NCBI GenBank assembly: GCA_947649875.1
Contig: CANSTH010000001.1
Span: forward strand, 1-56,114
From: an uncultured Parvibacter sp.
Lineage (GTDB): Bacteria; Actinomycetota; Coriobacteriia; Coriobacteriales; Eggerthellaceae
Length of the DNA: 56,114 bases
Direction of reading: 5' to 3'
The position numbers and the translations under genes were made by a program. The notes under the pieces were generated by a model. That model was given only the letters and a program-made list of their open reading frames with translations. It searched no databases and was not told the DNA's origin. Below, piece by piece: positions 29,701 to 39,252 of the stretch. Each line of letters opens with the position of its first letter. Position 1 is the stretch's first letter.

Positions 29701-30498
29701 CACCGCGGCGATAAACTTACTTTCTTCGACCTGCAGGTGCAGTCGCGGAAAACCTTTACGGCACCCGATTGGTCTGGCACCGAAACCGATGAGATTCCCT
29801 ACATCGCGTTCTGGCAGAACGTCAACCTGAATCTGCCCTGGCGCACTCTCACCGGCCGACAGCACTTCTACCAAGACCATGAGTGGATGCGCGCTTTCGG
29901 CCAGGAGTTTCCCCAGTACCGACCGCCGGCAGACCAGCGGGCACTGGCCGGCTACCAGCACGCCGCCGACAACGGGCATCCCACCATCATGCTCAACTTC
30001 ACCACGGTCCACCAGAAGTGGGGCATCCACTCTACCTATTACGACAACGAGCGCATGCTCTCCCTTTCGCGAGGGGGCCCTACCATTTGGCTCAACGACG
30101 TGGACGCGAAAGCAGCGGGAATCGAAGACAACGACTGGGTGGAGTTCTGGAATGCCAACGGTGCCATGGTGGCCCGGGCCATTCTCACCTCCCGCATGCC
30201 GGAGGGCCTCTCGATTCTGCAGCATGCAACCGAGAAGATCATCAACACGCCCGCTTCCAAAGTCACGGGCATTCGCGGCGGCGACCACAACTCGCCCACG
30301 CGCGTTGTGATCAACCCCACCCATATGATCGGCGGCTACGCGCAGCTTTCGTTCCACCTGAACTACTACGGAACCATCTGCCCCAACCGCGACGATTTCA
30401 TTTGGCTTCACAAGGTTGATTCCGTCGATTGGCTTGACGAAGAGGCCGCAACGGAAGCGGACATATTGACCAAGCGCGTCGTCGCAAAAGACTGCTGA
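26713..30498 (+). CDS. narG: Respiratory nitrate reductase alpha subunit
   Basis: STHGVNCTGSCSW FS0 motif, EPRGCPRG, SFYDWYCDLPP (Asp Mo ligand), HQKWGIHSTY; 1261 aa. Confidence 0.98.
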   Translation: MSKFSEGSLFFKKRVGSYADGWGEVTDASRNWEDAYRDRWAHDKIVRSTHGVNCTGSCSWKIYVKDGIVTWETQQTDYPCTPCGVPNHEPRGCPRGAGYSWYLYSAARVKHPLIRAQLRDAWQRERAHHEPLEAWKRIVEDPKTRESYVKVRGLGDLVRTTWDEATELIAAANLYTIEKYGPDRIAGFSPIPGYSMVSYGAGTRYLSLIGGAPLSFYDWYCDLPPSSPQTFGEQTDVPESEAWYYSNYIICWGTNISMTRTPDAHFMIEARYNGTKLVNVCPDYCESTKDADWWVHPKQGTDAAMALAMNFVIFKEFHLDNPDPYFTDYVRRFTDLPMLVRLDQRDGADSYVAGRTLRASDLANYAEAGNSQWKTVVWDDASDGLAVPQGSIGYRWDQEANGDVGKWNTLEVDGETGKEIHPRLSLIDSSDAVVTLDVPYFGDESIPLFQGNDDDGPVMHRAVPVKKVKTVDGEAVVATVFDLFGAYLGIDRGIGGQVAANEMDNVPFTPRWQEAITGVPAKDVIRLAREFATAASNTKGRACVLMGAGLNQWYQTDNAYRGIMNILMLCGTVGVPGGGWCHYVGQEKIRPEAGWAEFSFAQDWVPASRQMNATSFFYEHADQWRYERMPLSYMRSPLADPKRYGGTYIDCNLQSAKMGWLPTVPQLDTNPTRIAEAAKKLGKETEEYVVDALKSGEIHFSLEDLDEPFNWPRNLFVWRSNILGSSGKGQEYFLKHLMGAQDGIVGEELSAEEEELKPELVTWRKAPIGKLDLLVNLDFRISTTGLYSDIVLPTASFYEKNDINTTDMHSFIHPFVKAVSCPWEAKSDWEIFELLAKRVSQLGGAYPERFGAVKDVLLTPLGHDTASELGQPLDVKHWYEGECDLIPGKTAPHIVEVERNYGDIHDMFCSVGPRLQEHGGNRGITWSLTEELKELAEMNGTVKQGVAQNCPKMDSDIAAANMIMRVSPETNGSLAYHSWDFVEKQSGVPCRQLSEDHRGDKLTFFDLQVQSRKTFTAPDWSGTETDEIPYIAFWQNVNLNLPWRTLTGRQHFYQDHEWMRAFGQEFPQYRPPADQRALAGYQHAADNGHPTIMLNFTTVHQKWGIHSTYYDNERMLSLSRGGPTIWLNDVDAKAAGIEDNDWVEFWNANGAMVARAILTSRMPEGLSILQHATEKIINTPASKVTGIRGGDHNSPTRVVINPTHMIGGYAQLSFHLNYYGTICPNRDDFIWLHKVDSVDWLDEEAATEADILTKRVVAKDC

Positions 30499-30526
30499 CC
30501 GACGGCCCTAGGAGGAAGGCGGAACT

Positions 30527-32125
30527 ATGAAGATACGCGCTCAAGTTACGATGGTCCTGAACCTCGACAAGTGCATCGGGTGCCATACCTGCTCGGTCAC
30601 CTGCAAAAACGTTTGGACGAACCGGCCCGGCACCGAGTACGTTTGGTTCAACAATGTTGAGACCAAGCCAGGCACGGGCTATCCGAAGCAGTGGGAAGAC
30701 CAAGAGAAGTGGAAGGGCGGCTGGAAGATTGAGAACGGCAAGCTGGAGCTGAAGCGCGGTAGTCGTGCTTGGCTGCTGGCGGGCATTTTCAGCAACGGCC
30801 TGCTTCCCACCATTGACGAATACTACGAGCCTTACAGCTTTGATTACCAAAAGTTGCAGAAGGCGCCGTTGATGAAGACCTCGCCGACCGCTCGCCCCAT
30901 AAGCTATATTACCGGTGAGGTGATGGACAAGGTTACGGGCAGTGCCGCTTGGGAAGACGATTTGGGCGGTGTGGACATTCAGACGGTGAAGGACGTTAAC
31001 CTGGAAGGCGTCCAGCGCGAGATTTACGCTCAGTACGCCGAAACGTTCATGTTCTACCTGCCCCGTTTGTGCAACCACTGTCTGAACCCCGGTTGCGTTG
31101 CCAGCTGCCCGTCTGGCTCGATATACAAGCGCGAGGAAGACGGCATTGTGCTGGTGGATCAGGACAAGTGCCGCGGCTGGCGCATGTGCATGACCGGCTG
31201 CCCCTATAAAAAGGTCTACTACAACTGGTCCAGCGGGAAGGCGGAGAAGTGCATCTTCTGCTATCCCCGCATCGAGAGTGGCTGCCCCACCGTGTGTTCT
31301 GAGGCGTGCACGGGGCGCATCCGCTATGTGGGGGTGGTGCTCTACGATGCCGATAAGATTGAGCAGCTTGCCAGCGTTCCGAACGATGAAGACCTCTACG
31401 AGGCGCAGCGGGGGGTGTTCCTCGACCCGTTCAATCTCGATGTGATAGAAGAGGCCCATGCGGCCGGTATTTCGGATGACTGGATTCAGGCGGCGCAGAA
31501 ATCGCCGGTCCGCAAGCTTATCGACTGGGGCCTCGCGTTTCCGCTGCATCCCGAGTATCGTACCCTTCCCATGGTGTGGTACGTTCCTCCGCTATCGCCT
31601 ATCGCCGAGGCGGTGGATGCAGGAAAGCTGTCGATGGATGGGATGCTGCCCAAGGCAGAAGAACTGAGGATTCCTATCCAATACCTGGCCAACCTTTTGG
31701 CTGGCGGTAATACGCAGGTGGTGCAAGACGCCTTGGCGCGCTTGCTGCTCATGCGCACTATTGTGCGGCACTACAGTGATTCTGCGGGTATTGAGCAGTA
31801 TCTGAAAAGCGAGTTGCCCATCGATGCCATCAAGGGGGCGCCGGAGGCAGAGCAGCTTCGCGGGCTGGGACTTCTTCCCGAGGATATCTGTGAGATGCAC
31901 TCGCTTCTGGCCATTGCGAACTACGAGGACCGCTTCGTGGTGCCCACGGCAAATCGCAACCACCAGGCCAGCGTTCTTGCCCAAGGCGAGCAGGGCATGA
32001 ACATGGGCGGCGGCCGCGACCAGCGTCACCGTGCATCCTGTATCTTCGGCGGCCCGATGGATCGCAAGATCGCCCCGATGTTCGAAGACTACCAAGTGGC
32101 CGAAAAGCCCGGGAAGCAGAAGTGA
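30527..32125 (+). CDS. narH: Respiratory nitrate reductase beta subunit
   Basis: LNLDKCIGCHTCSVTCKNVW, CNHCLNPGCVASCP, CRGWRMC (3Fe-4S, Trp), KCIFCYPR, PLHPEYRTLPMVWY. Confidence 0.98.
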   Translation: MKIRAQVTMVLNLDKCIGCHTCSVTCKNVWTNRPGTEYVWFNNVETKPGTGYPKQWEDQEKWKGGWKIENGKLELKRGSRAWLLAGIFSNGLLPTIDEYYEPYSFDYQKLQKAPLMKTSPTARPISYITGEVMDKVTGSAAWEDDLGGVDIQTVKDVNLEGVQREIYAQYAETFMFYLPRLCNHCLNPGCVASCPSGSIYKREEDGIVLVDQDKCRGWRMCMTGCPYKKVYYNWSSGKAEKCIFCYPRIESGCPTVCSEACTGRIRYVGVVLYDADKIEQLASVPNDEDLYEAQRGVFLDPFNLDVIEEAHAAGISDDWIQAAQKSPVRKLIDWGLAFPLHPEYRTLPMVWYVPPLSPIAEAVDAGKLSMDGMLPKAEELRIPIQYLANLLAGGNTQVVQDALARLLLMRTIVRHYSDSAGIEQYLKSELPIDAIKGAPEAEQLRGLGLLPEDICEMHSLLAIANYEDRFVVPTANRNHQASVLAQGEQGMNMGGGRDQRHRASCIFGGPMDRKIAPMFEDYQVAEKPGKQK

Positions 32126-32889
32126 TAACTATGGACACGGATTTCACCCATTTCATCTATTTCCTTATCTATCAGGTGTTTCCTTACGTGGTGATCACTG
32201 TGTGGATTGTGGGCAGCCTCATCCGCGTCCTCACGCATCCCTACACGGTGAAAAGCCAAAGCTCCGAGCTTCTTGGAAGCAAGAAGGAGATCAACTGGGG
32301 GGCCCGCCTTTTTCATTTGGGCATTATATTTTTGTTCTTCGGCCATGTGTTCGGGCTGCTGGGTCCCCGGCGGCTGCTGGAGGAGTTCGGCGTTTCGCCG
32401 CACCTCAACCAGATGATCGAGATTGTCGCTGGCGGCGCCTGCGCTGTACTGTGCTTGGTGGGCATCGGGCTGATGATCTACCGGCGCACTGCCAATCCCC
32501 GCATCCGCAAGACCTCTCGGCACAGTGACTGGCTGGTGCTGGTGCTGCTTGCCGTGGTGCTTGTCTTAGGCGCCACTTGTGTGATGAACGCGATGCTGTA
32601 CGACCAGTCGGGCGAAGGGCTGTTCGATTTCGTGAACTGGGCTATTGCCCTGATTACGTTTCAGCCCGATGCCTACACCCACCTCATCGACGCTGCCACT
32701 CCGCAGAAGATCCATATCTTCTTCGGGCTTTGCGTATTCCTCATCGTGCCCTTTACCAGGCTTATTCACATTTGGAGCGGCTATGCATCGCCTGTCTATC
32801 TGTTGCGGGCTCGGCAGCAGATGCGCATGAACGGCGCGCCTATGGGGGGCGATTTTACAGCGCATGCGATGAAGAGGGAACAGGACTGA
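32122..32889 (+). CDS. narI: Respiratory nitrate reductase gamma subunit (di-heme cytochrome b)
   Basis: Five TMs; four heme-ligand His (LFHLG, FGHVF, KIHIF, LIHIW); GTGA overlap with narH, alternative ATG at 32131. Confidence 0.95.
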   Translation: MITMDTDFTHFIYFLIYQVFPYVVITVWIVGSLIRVLTHPYTVKSQSSELLGSKKEINWGARLFHLGIIFLFFGHVFGLLGPRRLLEEFGVSPHLNQMIEIVAGGACAVLCLVGIGLMIYRRTANPRIRKTSRHSDWLVLVLLAVVLVLGATCVMNAMLYDQSGEGLFDFVNWAIALITFQPDAYTHLIDAATPQKIHIFFGLCVFLIVPFTRLIHIWSGYASPVYLLRARQQMRMNGAPMGGDFTAHAMKREQD

Positions 32890-32985
32890 TGCCGTTAGGG
32901 CAGGTTTGGCGGACTCAAGAACGGGGATATTTTGCTGTGCAGATTTGTCGGCAATGCCCCGTTGGCGATATGAAAGGATTGGACC

Positions 32986-35900
32986 ATGGCTCACGTTAAT
33001 GACGTTTTAAGCGATCGCACGGTTCACAAGTGTACAAGGCTGCGCGGAGCGAAGCAGGGCACTACTGTATGCCAGTTTTGCGCGGTGGGCTGCTCTCAGG
33101 TGGCGTTTTACAAAGATAAAGAACTGATTGAGGTGGAGGGCGACCCCCGTTCCCCCGTTAACGCAGGTCGTCAGTGCCCGAAGGGTATGTCGACGTTCAT
33201 GCTGAACCAGAATCCCTATCGAGAGTCGCGGGCGCTCTATCGCGCACCCGGTGCGGACAAGTGGGAAGAGAAGAGCCTCGACTGGATGCTGGACACCGTA
33301 ACCGATCGTATTTGGGAAGCCCGCAACAACGGCTTCGTTGAAAAGGACGAGAACGGCCTGACGGTCAACTGCGCCACGAACATCGGGTTCATCGGCGGCT
33401 CGGCCAACGACAATGAGGAATGCTACCTCATCCGAAAGCTGTTCACCGGAGGGCTGGGCATTCTGCCCACCGAGAACTCCGCCCGGTACTGCCATTCCAC
33501 GACGGTCACCGCGCTGTCGCCGACGTTCGGGTTCGGCGCCTGCACCAATCCGCCGCGCGACCTTATCCATAGCGACTGCATATTGATTATGGGCTCCAAC
33601 ATGGGGGAGGCGCACCCGGTGGCGTTCCACTGGCCCATGGAAGCCAAGCGCCGGGGGGCTGTCACCATTCACGTAGACCCCCGCTTCACGCGCACCTCCG
33701 CTGCTTGCGACCACTATGTTCATACGCGTCCCGGCGCTGATGTGGCGTTCATCGGCGGCCTCATCAACTACATCTTGGAGCACAACTACTGGTTCAAAGA
33801 CTACGTCCTTCACTACACCAATGCCGCAACGCTCATCAACCCCGGTTTCAAGTTCGATGATGTGACCGGCTTCTTCAACGGCTGGGACCCCGAGACCGAT
33901 TCGTATTCAAAGGCGGGTACTACCTGGGACTACCAATATGAGATGAACCCCGATGGCAGTTACGGGCAACCCAAGCAAGATCCAACGCTTCAAGACCCCC
34001 ATTGCGTGTTTCAGCTGATCAAGAAGCAGTTCAGCTATTACACCCCCGAAGTGGTGGCGGAAATTTGCGGTTGCCGTGCCGCCGATATCGTGAAAGTGGG
34101 CGAGCTGATAGGCAGGAACTCAGGGCGCGACCGCACAACTGCGTTCTGCTATGCCACTGGCTTCACGCAACACTCCAGCGGCACCCAGATCATTCGCACC
34201 GCGGCCATCCTGCAACTGTTGCTGGGCAACATCGGACGTCCCGGCGGCGGCATCTTGGCGCTGCGCGGCCATTCCAACGTTCAGGGAGCCACCGATGTGC
34301 CCACGCTATTCAACGTTTTGCCCAACTACATTCCCCAACCCGAGGCGCATCCGGGCAATGCCACGCTGGCCGATTACCTGGCCAATGGCCACGGGTTCAG
34401 CGGGGCCTTGGACAAAACCACCGATGGCATGTGGAAACTGGAAACCCAAAGAGGGTCGTGGGCATCGCTGCCCAACTACATGGTCAGCCTGTTGAGGGCC
34501 TACTATGGCGAGCACGCCACGAAAGACAACGAGTACGGCTACCAATGGCTCCCGAAGTTGAGCTCGAACGAATCGCTTACGGTTTCTATGGAGAAGGCTC
34601 GCCGGGGCGAGATGGACGGCATGGTGGTGTTCGGCCAGAACATTGCGGTCACAAACCCAAATACCGGCTGGAGCCGCGACGCCATCCGCAACCTCAAGTG
34701 GCTGGTGGTGCTGGATATTTTCGAGAACGAGACCGCATCGGTGTGGTACGCCGACCCAGACGGCCCGGCACCTAAGGATTGCCAGACGGAAGTTTTCTAC
34801 TTGCCGGTATGCACTTGCCTGGAGAAAGAGGGCTCGGTCACGAACACCGAGCGCTTGATTCAGTGGCACGAGCGGGTTCAGGAAGCGCCGGGGAATGCCC
34901 ATTCGGATGCGTGGTACATCTACCAGATGGGCAAGCGGCTGCAGGCCAAGGCCAACGCCTCCGATAAGGAGCGCGATGCCGGAATGCGGGCGCTGTACTG
35001 GGACTACGACCCCATTGATGCCGCCACGAAAACCGAGCAGGAATTCGAGCTGACCAGCATCGAGGGCGAACCCGACCTGATGAAGGTGGTTCGGGAGATG
35101 AACGGCTTCAACATTGAAGATGGCACCGTTTGCCAGGGCGCGGGAACCCTCAAAGACGATGGCTCCACCGTGTGCGGCTGCCGTTTGCTGTCGGGCATGC
35201 TTGGCGCGCACGGTGAAAACTTGATGAATCGCGTGGAGGCGGGGGAGATCTACAACGAATCGATCTTCTCGGATTACCGCGTCAGTTGGCCGGAAAACAG
35301 CCGCATACTGTACAACCGCTGCTCTGCCGATCCGGAGGGCAAACCCTGGTCCGAGCGCAAAAAACTAGTGTGGTGGGACGAGGAGCTGCAACAGTGGGTG
35401 GGCTATGACAAGCCGCAATGCAACGTGAAGAAGCCGCCCACCTACAAGCCGGAGCCGGGGGCCACGGGCGATATGGCGCTGGCGGGCGATTGCCCGTTTG
35501 GGGCCCATTCCGATGGCAAGGCATGGCTCTTCGTGCCCTACAGCATAAAAGAGGGCCCGATGCCCATTTACTACGAGACCACCGAATCGCCCTACGAGAA
35601 CAAGCTGTGGGAGCAATCGCGCGACCCTGGCCTGAAGATCATCGATGACGTTGAGAACCCCATAGCCCCTGTAGGCGACATGGAGTATCCCACCATCATG
35701 ACCACCTACCACATGACCGAGCATTGGCTTTCTGGTGCGCAAACCCGCCGGATTCCCTGGCTGGTGGGGCTGCAACCGGTGTGCTTCGTGGAGCTGTCTC
35801 CCGAACATGCCGCCAGTATTGGCGTGAAAACCGGGGACTATGTCACGGTTGAAAGCGAGCGAGCCAAGCTGCAGGTGCGCGCCTTGGTCACGCCCCGCTT

Positions 35901-36183
35901 GCGCATCGGCGACGTATATGGAAAGCCGGCCACCATTGCCGGGTCATTTGTGGTGTCGGGGTACAAGGGCCTGATGGTCAGTGATATCACCAACGATCTC
36001 AGCCCTGCCATCATGGCTCCCGATGGGCTCATTCCGGCATCGAAGGGCTTTACGGTGCGCATCACCAAGGGCGATCCCGAAGAAGTGAAGAAGATGATCC
36101 CCTATCCCCTTAAGTACAATTCCATATTCGATGAGCCCATCCCGGATACGCCCTGGGCGTCTCAGCCGGAAGGGAGGAATTAG
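32986..36183 (+). CDS. Formate dehydrogenase alpha subunit (FdnG/FdhA-like), Cys active site, no Tat signal
   Basis: CQFCAVGC..CPKG 4Fe-4S motif; SARYCHSTT (Cys-His at the Sec/Cys site); ALRGHSNVQG; EKEGSVTNTER; in-frame TGA 15 nt upstream rules out an N-terminal extension. Confidence 0.92.
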   Translation: MAHVNDVLSDRTVHKCTRLRGAKQGTTVCQFCAVGCSQVAFYKDKELIEVEGDPRSPVNAGRQCPKGMSTFMLNQNPYRESRALYRAPGADKWEEKSLDWMLDTVTDRIWEARNNGFVEKDENGLTVNCATNIGFIGGSANDNEECYLIRKLFTGGLGILPTENSARYCHSTTVTALSPTFGFGACTNPPRDLIHSDCILIMGSNMGEAHPVAFHWPMEAKRRGAVTIHVDPRFTRTSAACDHYVHTRPGADVAFIGGLINYILEHNYWFKDYVLHYTNAATLINPGFKFDDVTGFFNGWDPETDSYSKAGTTWDYQYEMNPDGSYGQPKQDPTLQDPHCVFQLIKKQFSYYTPEVVAEICGCRAADIVKVGELIGRNSGRDRTTAFCYATGFTQHSSGTQIIRTAAILQLLLGNIGRPGGGILALRGHSNVQGATDVPTLFNVLPNYIPQPEAHPGNATLADYLANGHGFSGALDKTTDGMWKLETQRGSWASLPNYMVSLLRAYYGEHATKDNEYGYQWLPKLSSNESLTVSMEKARRGEMDGMVVFGQNIAVTNPNTGWSRDAIRNLKWLVVLDIFENETASVWYADPDGPAPKDCQTEVFYLPVCTCLEKEGSVTNTERLIQWHERVQEAPGNAHSDAWYIYQMGKRLQAKANASDKERDAGMRALYWDYDPIDAATKTEQEFELTSIEGEPDLMKVVREMNGFNIEDGTVCQGAGTLKDDGSTVCGCRLLSGMLGAHGENLMNRVEAGEIYNESIFSDYRVSWPENSRILYNRCSADPEGKPWSERKKLVWWDEELQQWVGYDKPQCNVKKPPTYKPEPGATGDMALAGDCPFGAHSDGKAWLFVPYSIKEGPMPIYYETTESPYENKLWEQSRDPGLKIIDDVENPIAPVGDMEYPTIMTTYHMTEHWLSGAQTRRIPWLVGLQPVCFVELSPEHAASIGVKTGDYVTVESERAKLQVRALVTPRLRIGDVYGKPATIAGSFVVSGYKGLMVSDITNDLSPAIMAPDGLIPASKGFTVRITKGDPEEVKKMIPYPLKYNSIFDEPIPDTPWASQPEGRN

Positions 36184-36185
36184 TC

Positions 36186-37115
36186 ATGAACCTGAATGAG
36201 CTGAACATACTCAAAGTTCCCGCTAAAAAGTACGATGCGAACGAGCCGCATAAAAACCACCGGCTGGACATCATCTACGCCCTGTTCAAGCGCTACGAAC
36301 CGCTTCCGGCGCAAACGGAGATGGCCTTCTTCACAGACACCTCCATCTGCTCGGGATGCAAGGCCTGCGAGGTGGCCTGCAAGCAATGGAATATGCTGAA
36401 AACCACGGACATCCAATGGTCGGGAGACAGCTATGACAACACCCGCAAACTTTCTGCAGAAACGTGGCGGCATGTGAAGTTCATCGAGCGCTTTTCGGAA
36501 ACCAACGAGACGGACCGCACCGCCCCCAAGTCGATGGACGCCCTGCTTACCGAGCCTAAGCAGGGGCAATGGCTCTTCATGTCCGACCATTGCAAGCACT
36601 GCCAAGAATCACCTTGCCAAGAGGCGTGCCCCACCGGCGCCATCATCCGCAACGAGTTCGGCGGCATCTACTACCAACCCGACATCTGCATGGGCTGCCG
36701 CATGTGCGTGGCCGCCTGCCCGTTCGGTGTTCCCGAAGTAAGCGAGGAAACCGGACATTCCATGAAATGCGCCGAATGCTACGATCGCCTGCGCGATGGG
36801 CTGAAGCCTGCCTGCGCCACGGCATGTACCACCGGCGCCATTCAGTTCGGCCCGCGCGAGGAGATGGTCGAAAAGGCCCGGGCACGTTTGGCCGTCCTCC
36901 ATCAGCAGGGGTTCGAGAAGGCCAATCTTTATGGCGTGGATCCGTTTCAGGATTACAAGCCGCTCAACTCGTTCTACTTGCTCATGGACGACCCGTCCGT
37001 TTACGGCCTGCCTAATCAGCCGAAGTTGCCCGTCAGCTTCATGGTGGGGGATTATGCCAAGGCCATTGGAATGCTGTTGATTGCGTCTATTGCGATCATC
37101 GTTTGCTTGGTGTAG
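36186..37115 (+). CDS. Formate dehydrogenase beta (4x4Fe-4S) subunit with C-terminal TM anchor
   Basis: FFTDTSICSGCKACEVACKQWN, CKHC..PC..ACP, CMGCRMCVAACP, KCAECYDR...PAC..AC; hydrophobic C-terminus. Confidence 0.92.
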   Translation: MNLNELNILKVPAKKYDANEPHKNHRLDIIYALFKRYEPLPAQTEMAFFTDTSICSGCKACEVACKQWNMLKTTDIQWSGDSYDNTRKLSAETWRHVKFIERFSETNETDRTAPKSMDALLTEPKQGQWLFMSDHCKHCQESPCQEACPTGAIIRNEFGGIYYQPDICMGCRMCVAACPFGVPEVSEETGHSMKCAECYDRLRDGLKPACATACTTGAIQFGPREEMVEKARARLAVLHQQGFEKANLYGVDPFQDYKPLNSFYLLMDDPSVYGLPNQPKLPVSFMVGDYAKAIGMLLIASIAIIVCLV

Positions 37116-37129
37116 GAAGGGGCGCAAAG

Positions 37130-38032
37130 ATGGATAAAACATGGGTCGAAGGCCAACCGTCTGCCTATCAGCTGCACGACGTAGTGCATTTCCCTGACTG
37201 GAAGAACATAGTCGTATGGGATTTCTTCTTCAATAACCTCACCTCGGGCTTCATGTTCGTGACGATGCTCGCATGGCTTGTGAAGCCTGCGGTATTCGGG
37301 CCCGTCATGCCCTTTGCCCTCACGCTTGCGTTCTTTATCGTCCTTTTCGACCTGCTGCTGCTTGTCATCGACCTGGGCGACCACGTACGGTTCTTGCATG
37401 CCATGAGGGTCATGCATCCCACATCGCCGCTGTCGGTGGGTGTTGTGAGCCTCATCTTCTACACGGTCATGTTGTTCATTGCGCTGGTCATCTACTGGGT
37501 GACGTTCGCGTTGCTGGCCACCATCGGGCTGCCGCCCGAGGCCGTTGCCGTTCTGGATGTACTCTTCCGTCTGTTCGCCGTGCTTTCGCTTATCGCGGCG
37601 TGCGGTGTGATTTGCTACAAGGGCGTTGCCTTCAGCTGCACTTCGCAGCCAGGCGTGAAGCGGGCTCGCTGGCTTACCTGCTGGGTGGTATGTGACGCGC
37701 TCTTGATGGGGATGGGGCTTCTCATTGTCGTCTCGTTCGCCCTGGGCCAGATTGCGCCCATACAGGCGTTGCTCATCCCCTTCATCATGCTGATAGTGTT
37801 CCGTTGTTTTACTTATGCGTTGGTGTGGATGAACATCCACGAGCGCGCTTCGCTCATGTACTCCAAGGGGCATCTGGCGCTCAACGCGGTGATCGTCTAT
37901 GGCATTGCCGGCGTGTGCGCCATAGCCGCCTGCTTCCTTGGCCCCTTAGGGGTTGTGCTCGCCGGGATTGTTTGCCTCCTTACGGGCATTTGGGAGCGCT
38001 ATTGGATTGTGTTTGTGACGCATCCTCGCTGA
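37130..38032 (+). CDS. NrfD/PsrC-family membrane anchor for the formate dehydrogenase
   Basis: ~8 TM; PDW....WDFF, LVIDLGD..RFLH..R...PTSPLSVG motif typical of NrfD/PsrC; terminal ER; third gene of the fdh set. Confidence 0.8.
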   Translation: MDKTWVEGQPSAYQLHDVVHFPDWKNIVVWDFFFNNLTSGFMFVTMLAWLVKPAVFGPVMPFALTLAFFIVLFDLLLLVIDLGDHVRFLHAMRVMHPTSPLSVGVVSLIFYTVMLFIALVIYWVTFALLATIGLPPEAVAVLDVLFRLFAVLSLIAACGVICYKGVAFSCTSQPGVKRARWLTCWVVCDALLMGMGLLIVVSFALGQIAPIQALLIPFIMLIVFRCFTYALVWMNIHERASLMYSKGHLALNAVIVYGIAGVCAIAACFLGPLGVVLAGIVCLLTGIWERYWIVFVTHPR

Positions 38033-38059
38033 TGGGGCGGGCGATAGTAAGTACTCGAG

Positions 38060-38100
38060 AAAAAGCGGCCGACCTCGTTTCACGGGGTCGGCCGCTTTTT
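38060..38100. terminator. Bidirectional terminator between the fdh operon and folE
   Basis: AAAAAGCGGCCGACCTCGT...ACGGGGTCGGCCGCTTTTT, between convergent genes. Confidence 0.85.
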
Positions 38101-38119
38101 GATGTAGCAATTCGCCGAG

Positions 38120-38683
38120 TTAGGGACGGAAGATGAGGCTCATGGCCTCTGCTTTGACGGCGGGATCGCCCTCGAAGATGCCTCGCACCACGCTGGTAGT
38201 GGTCTTGCTGCCGGGCTTCTTCACGCCGCGCATCGACATGCACATGTGCTCTGCCTCCATTACCACGGCCACGCCGCGGGGGTTCAGCTGCTCCATCAGG
38301 GTGTCGGCCACCTGGGCCGTGAGGCGCTCTTGCACCTGCGGCCGCTTGGCATAGGCGTCCACTAACCGTGCCAGCTTGGAAATGCCGCACAGTCGCCCTT
38401 CCTCGGAGGGTAGGTACGCTACATGGGCGGTGCCGAAGAAGGGCACCAGATGATGCTCGCACATGGAATAGAACGGGATATCGCGCACCAGCACGATGCC
38501 ATCGTGATGCTCGTCGAAAGTCACCTTGAAGTGCTTGGCGGGGTCCTCCGTCATGCCGGCGAAAATCTCGTTGTACATGCGGGCCACCCGCGCCGGGGTG
38601 TCAAGCAGACCCTCGCGGTCGGGGTCTTCGCCAATCCCCTCCAAAATCATGCGAACGCCGGCTTCTATCTTTTCATTATCCAT
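38120..38683 (-). CDS. folE: GTP cyclohydrolase I
   Basis: [46 protein letters not shown]. Confidence 0.97.
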   Translation of the reverse strand: MDNEKIEAGVRMILEGIGEDPDREGLLDTPARVARMYNEIFAGMTEDPAKHFKVTFDEHHDGIVLVRDIPFYSMCEHHLVPFFGTAHVAYLPSEEGRLCGISKLARLVDAYAKRPQVQERLTAQVADTLMEQLNPRGVAVVMEAEHMCMSMRGVKKPGSKTTTSVVRGIFEGDPAVKAEAMSLIFRP

Positions 38684-38766
38684 GAACGGTACTCCTCAGG
38701 CTAAAGCTTAACTTGCAAATCCTATCACAGCTGGCCCCTGTTCAGCCGCCGAGGCCCGCAAGCTGC

Positions 38767-39237
38767 CTATTTGTGATAGGGCTCGTGGCGATTGATTTTG
38801 AAAGCGCGATATATCTGTTCCGCCAATACTACCCGTGCCAAGTTGTGGGGCAGCGTGATGGGGCCGAAGGAGAGGGTCTCATCGGCGCGGGCGTACACTT
38901 CTGGCGCCACGCCGCAGCTGCCGCCAATCACGAAGGCCACATCGCTTGTGCCCGAGAGCGCCAGTTGCTCCAGCCGATGCGCCAGTTGCTCGCTGGAACG
39001 CTGCTTGCCCTCGATGGCCAGCAGCACCACATGGGCCCGCTGTGGGATGGCGGCGCAGATGGCCGCTCCCTCTTTCGCGCGGGCGGCCTCTTCGCCTCCG
39101 GCCTTGGCGGGGTCAACGTCTGGCACTTCTCGGATGTCCAACTTGCAGAAGGCTCGCAGCCGCTTGGCGTATTCCGCCACGGCCTCCGTCCAAAACTTCT
39201 CCTTCAACTTGCCCACGCAAACCACAGTGATGTTCAT
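38767..39237 (-). CDS. rlmH: 23S rRNA pseudouridine-1915 N3-methyltransferase
   Basis: VGKLKE, EY.KRL, FVIGGS.G, LSFG..TLPH.LARV.LAEQIYRA.KI...PYHK. Confidence 0.96.
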   Translation of the reverse strand: MNITVVCVGKLKEKFWTEAVAEYAKRLRAFCKLDIREVPDVDPAKAGGEEAARAKEGAAICAAIPQRAHVVLLAIEGKQRSSEQLAHRLEQLALSGTSDVAFVIGGSCGVAPEVYARADETLSFGPITLPHNLARVVLAEQIYRAFKINRHEPYHK

Positions 39238-39252
39238 ACAGGCCCCTTCGGC

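Noticed and set aside
33478-33500. Selenocysteine recoding in the formate dehydrogenase
   Set aside because: The active-site codon is TGC (Cys) and the ORF is uninterrupted
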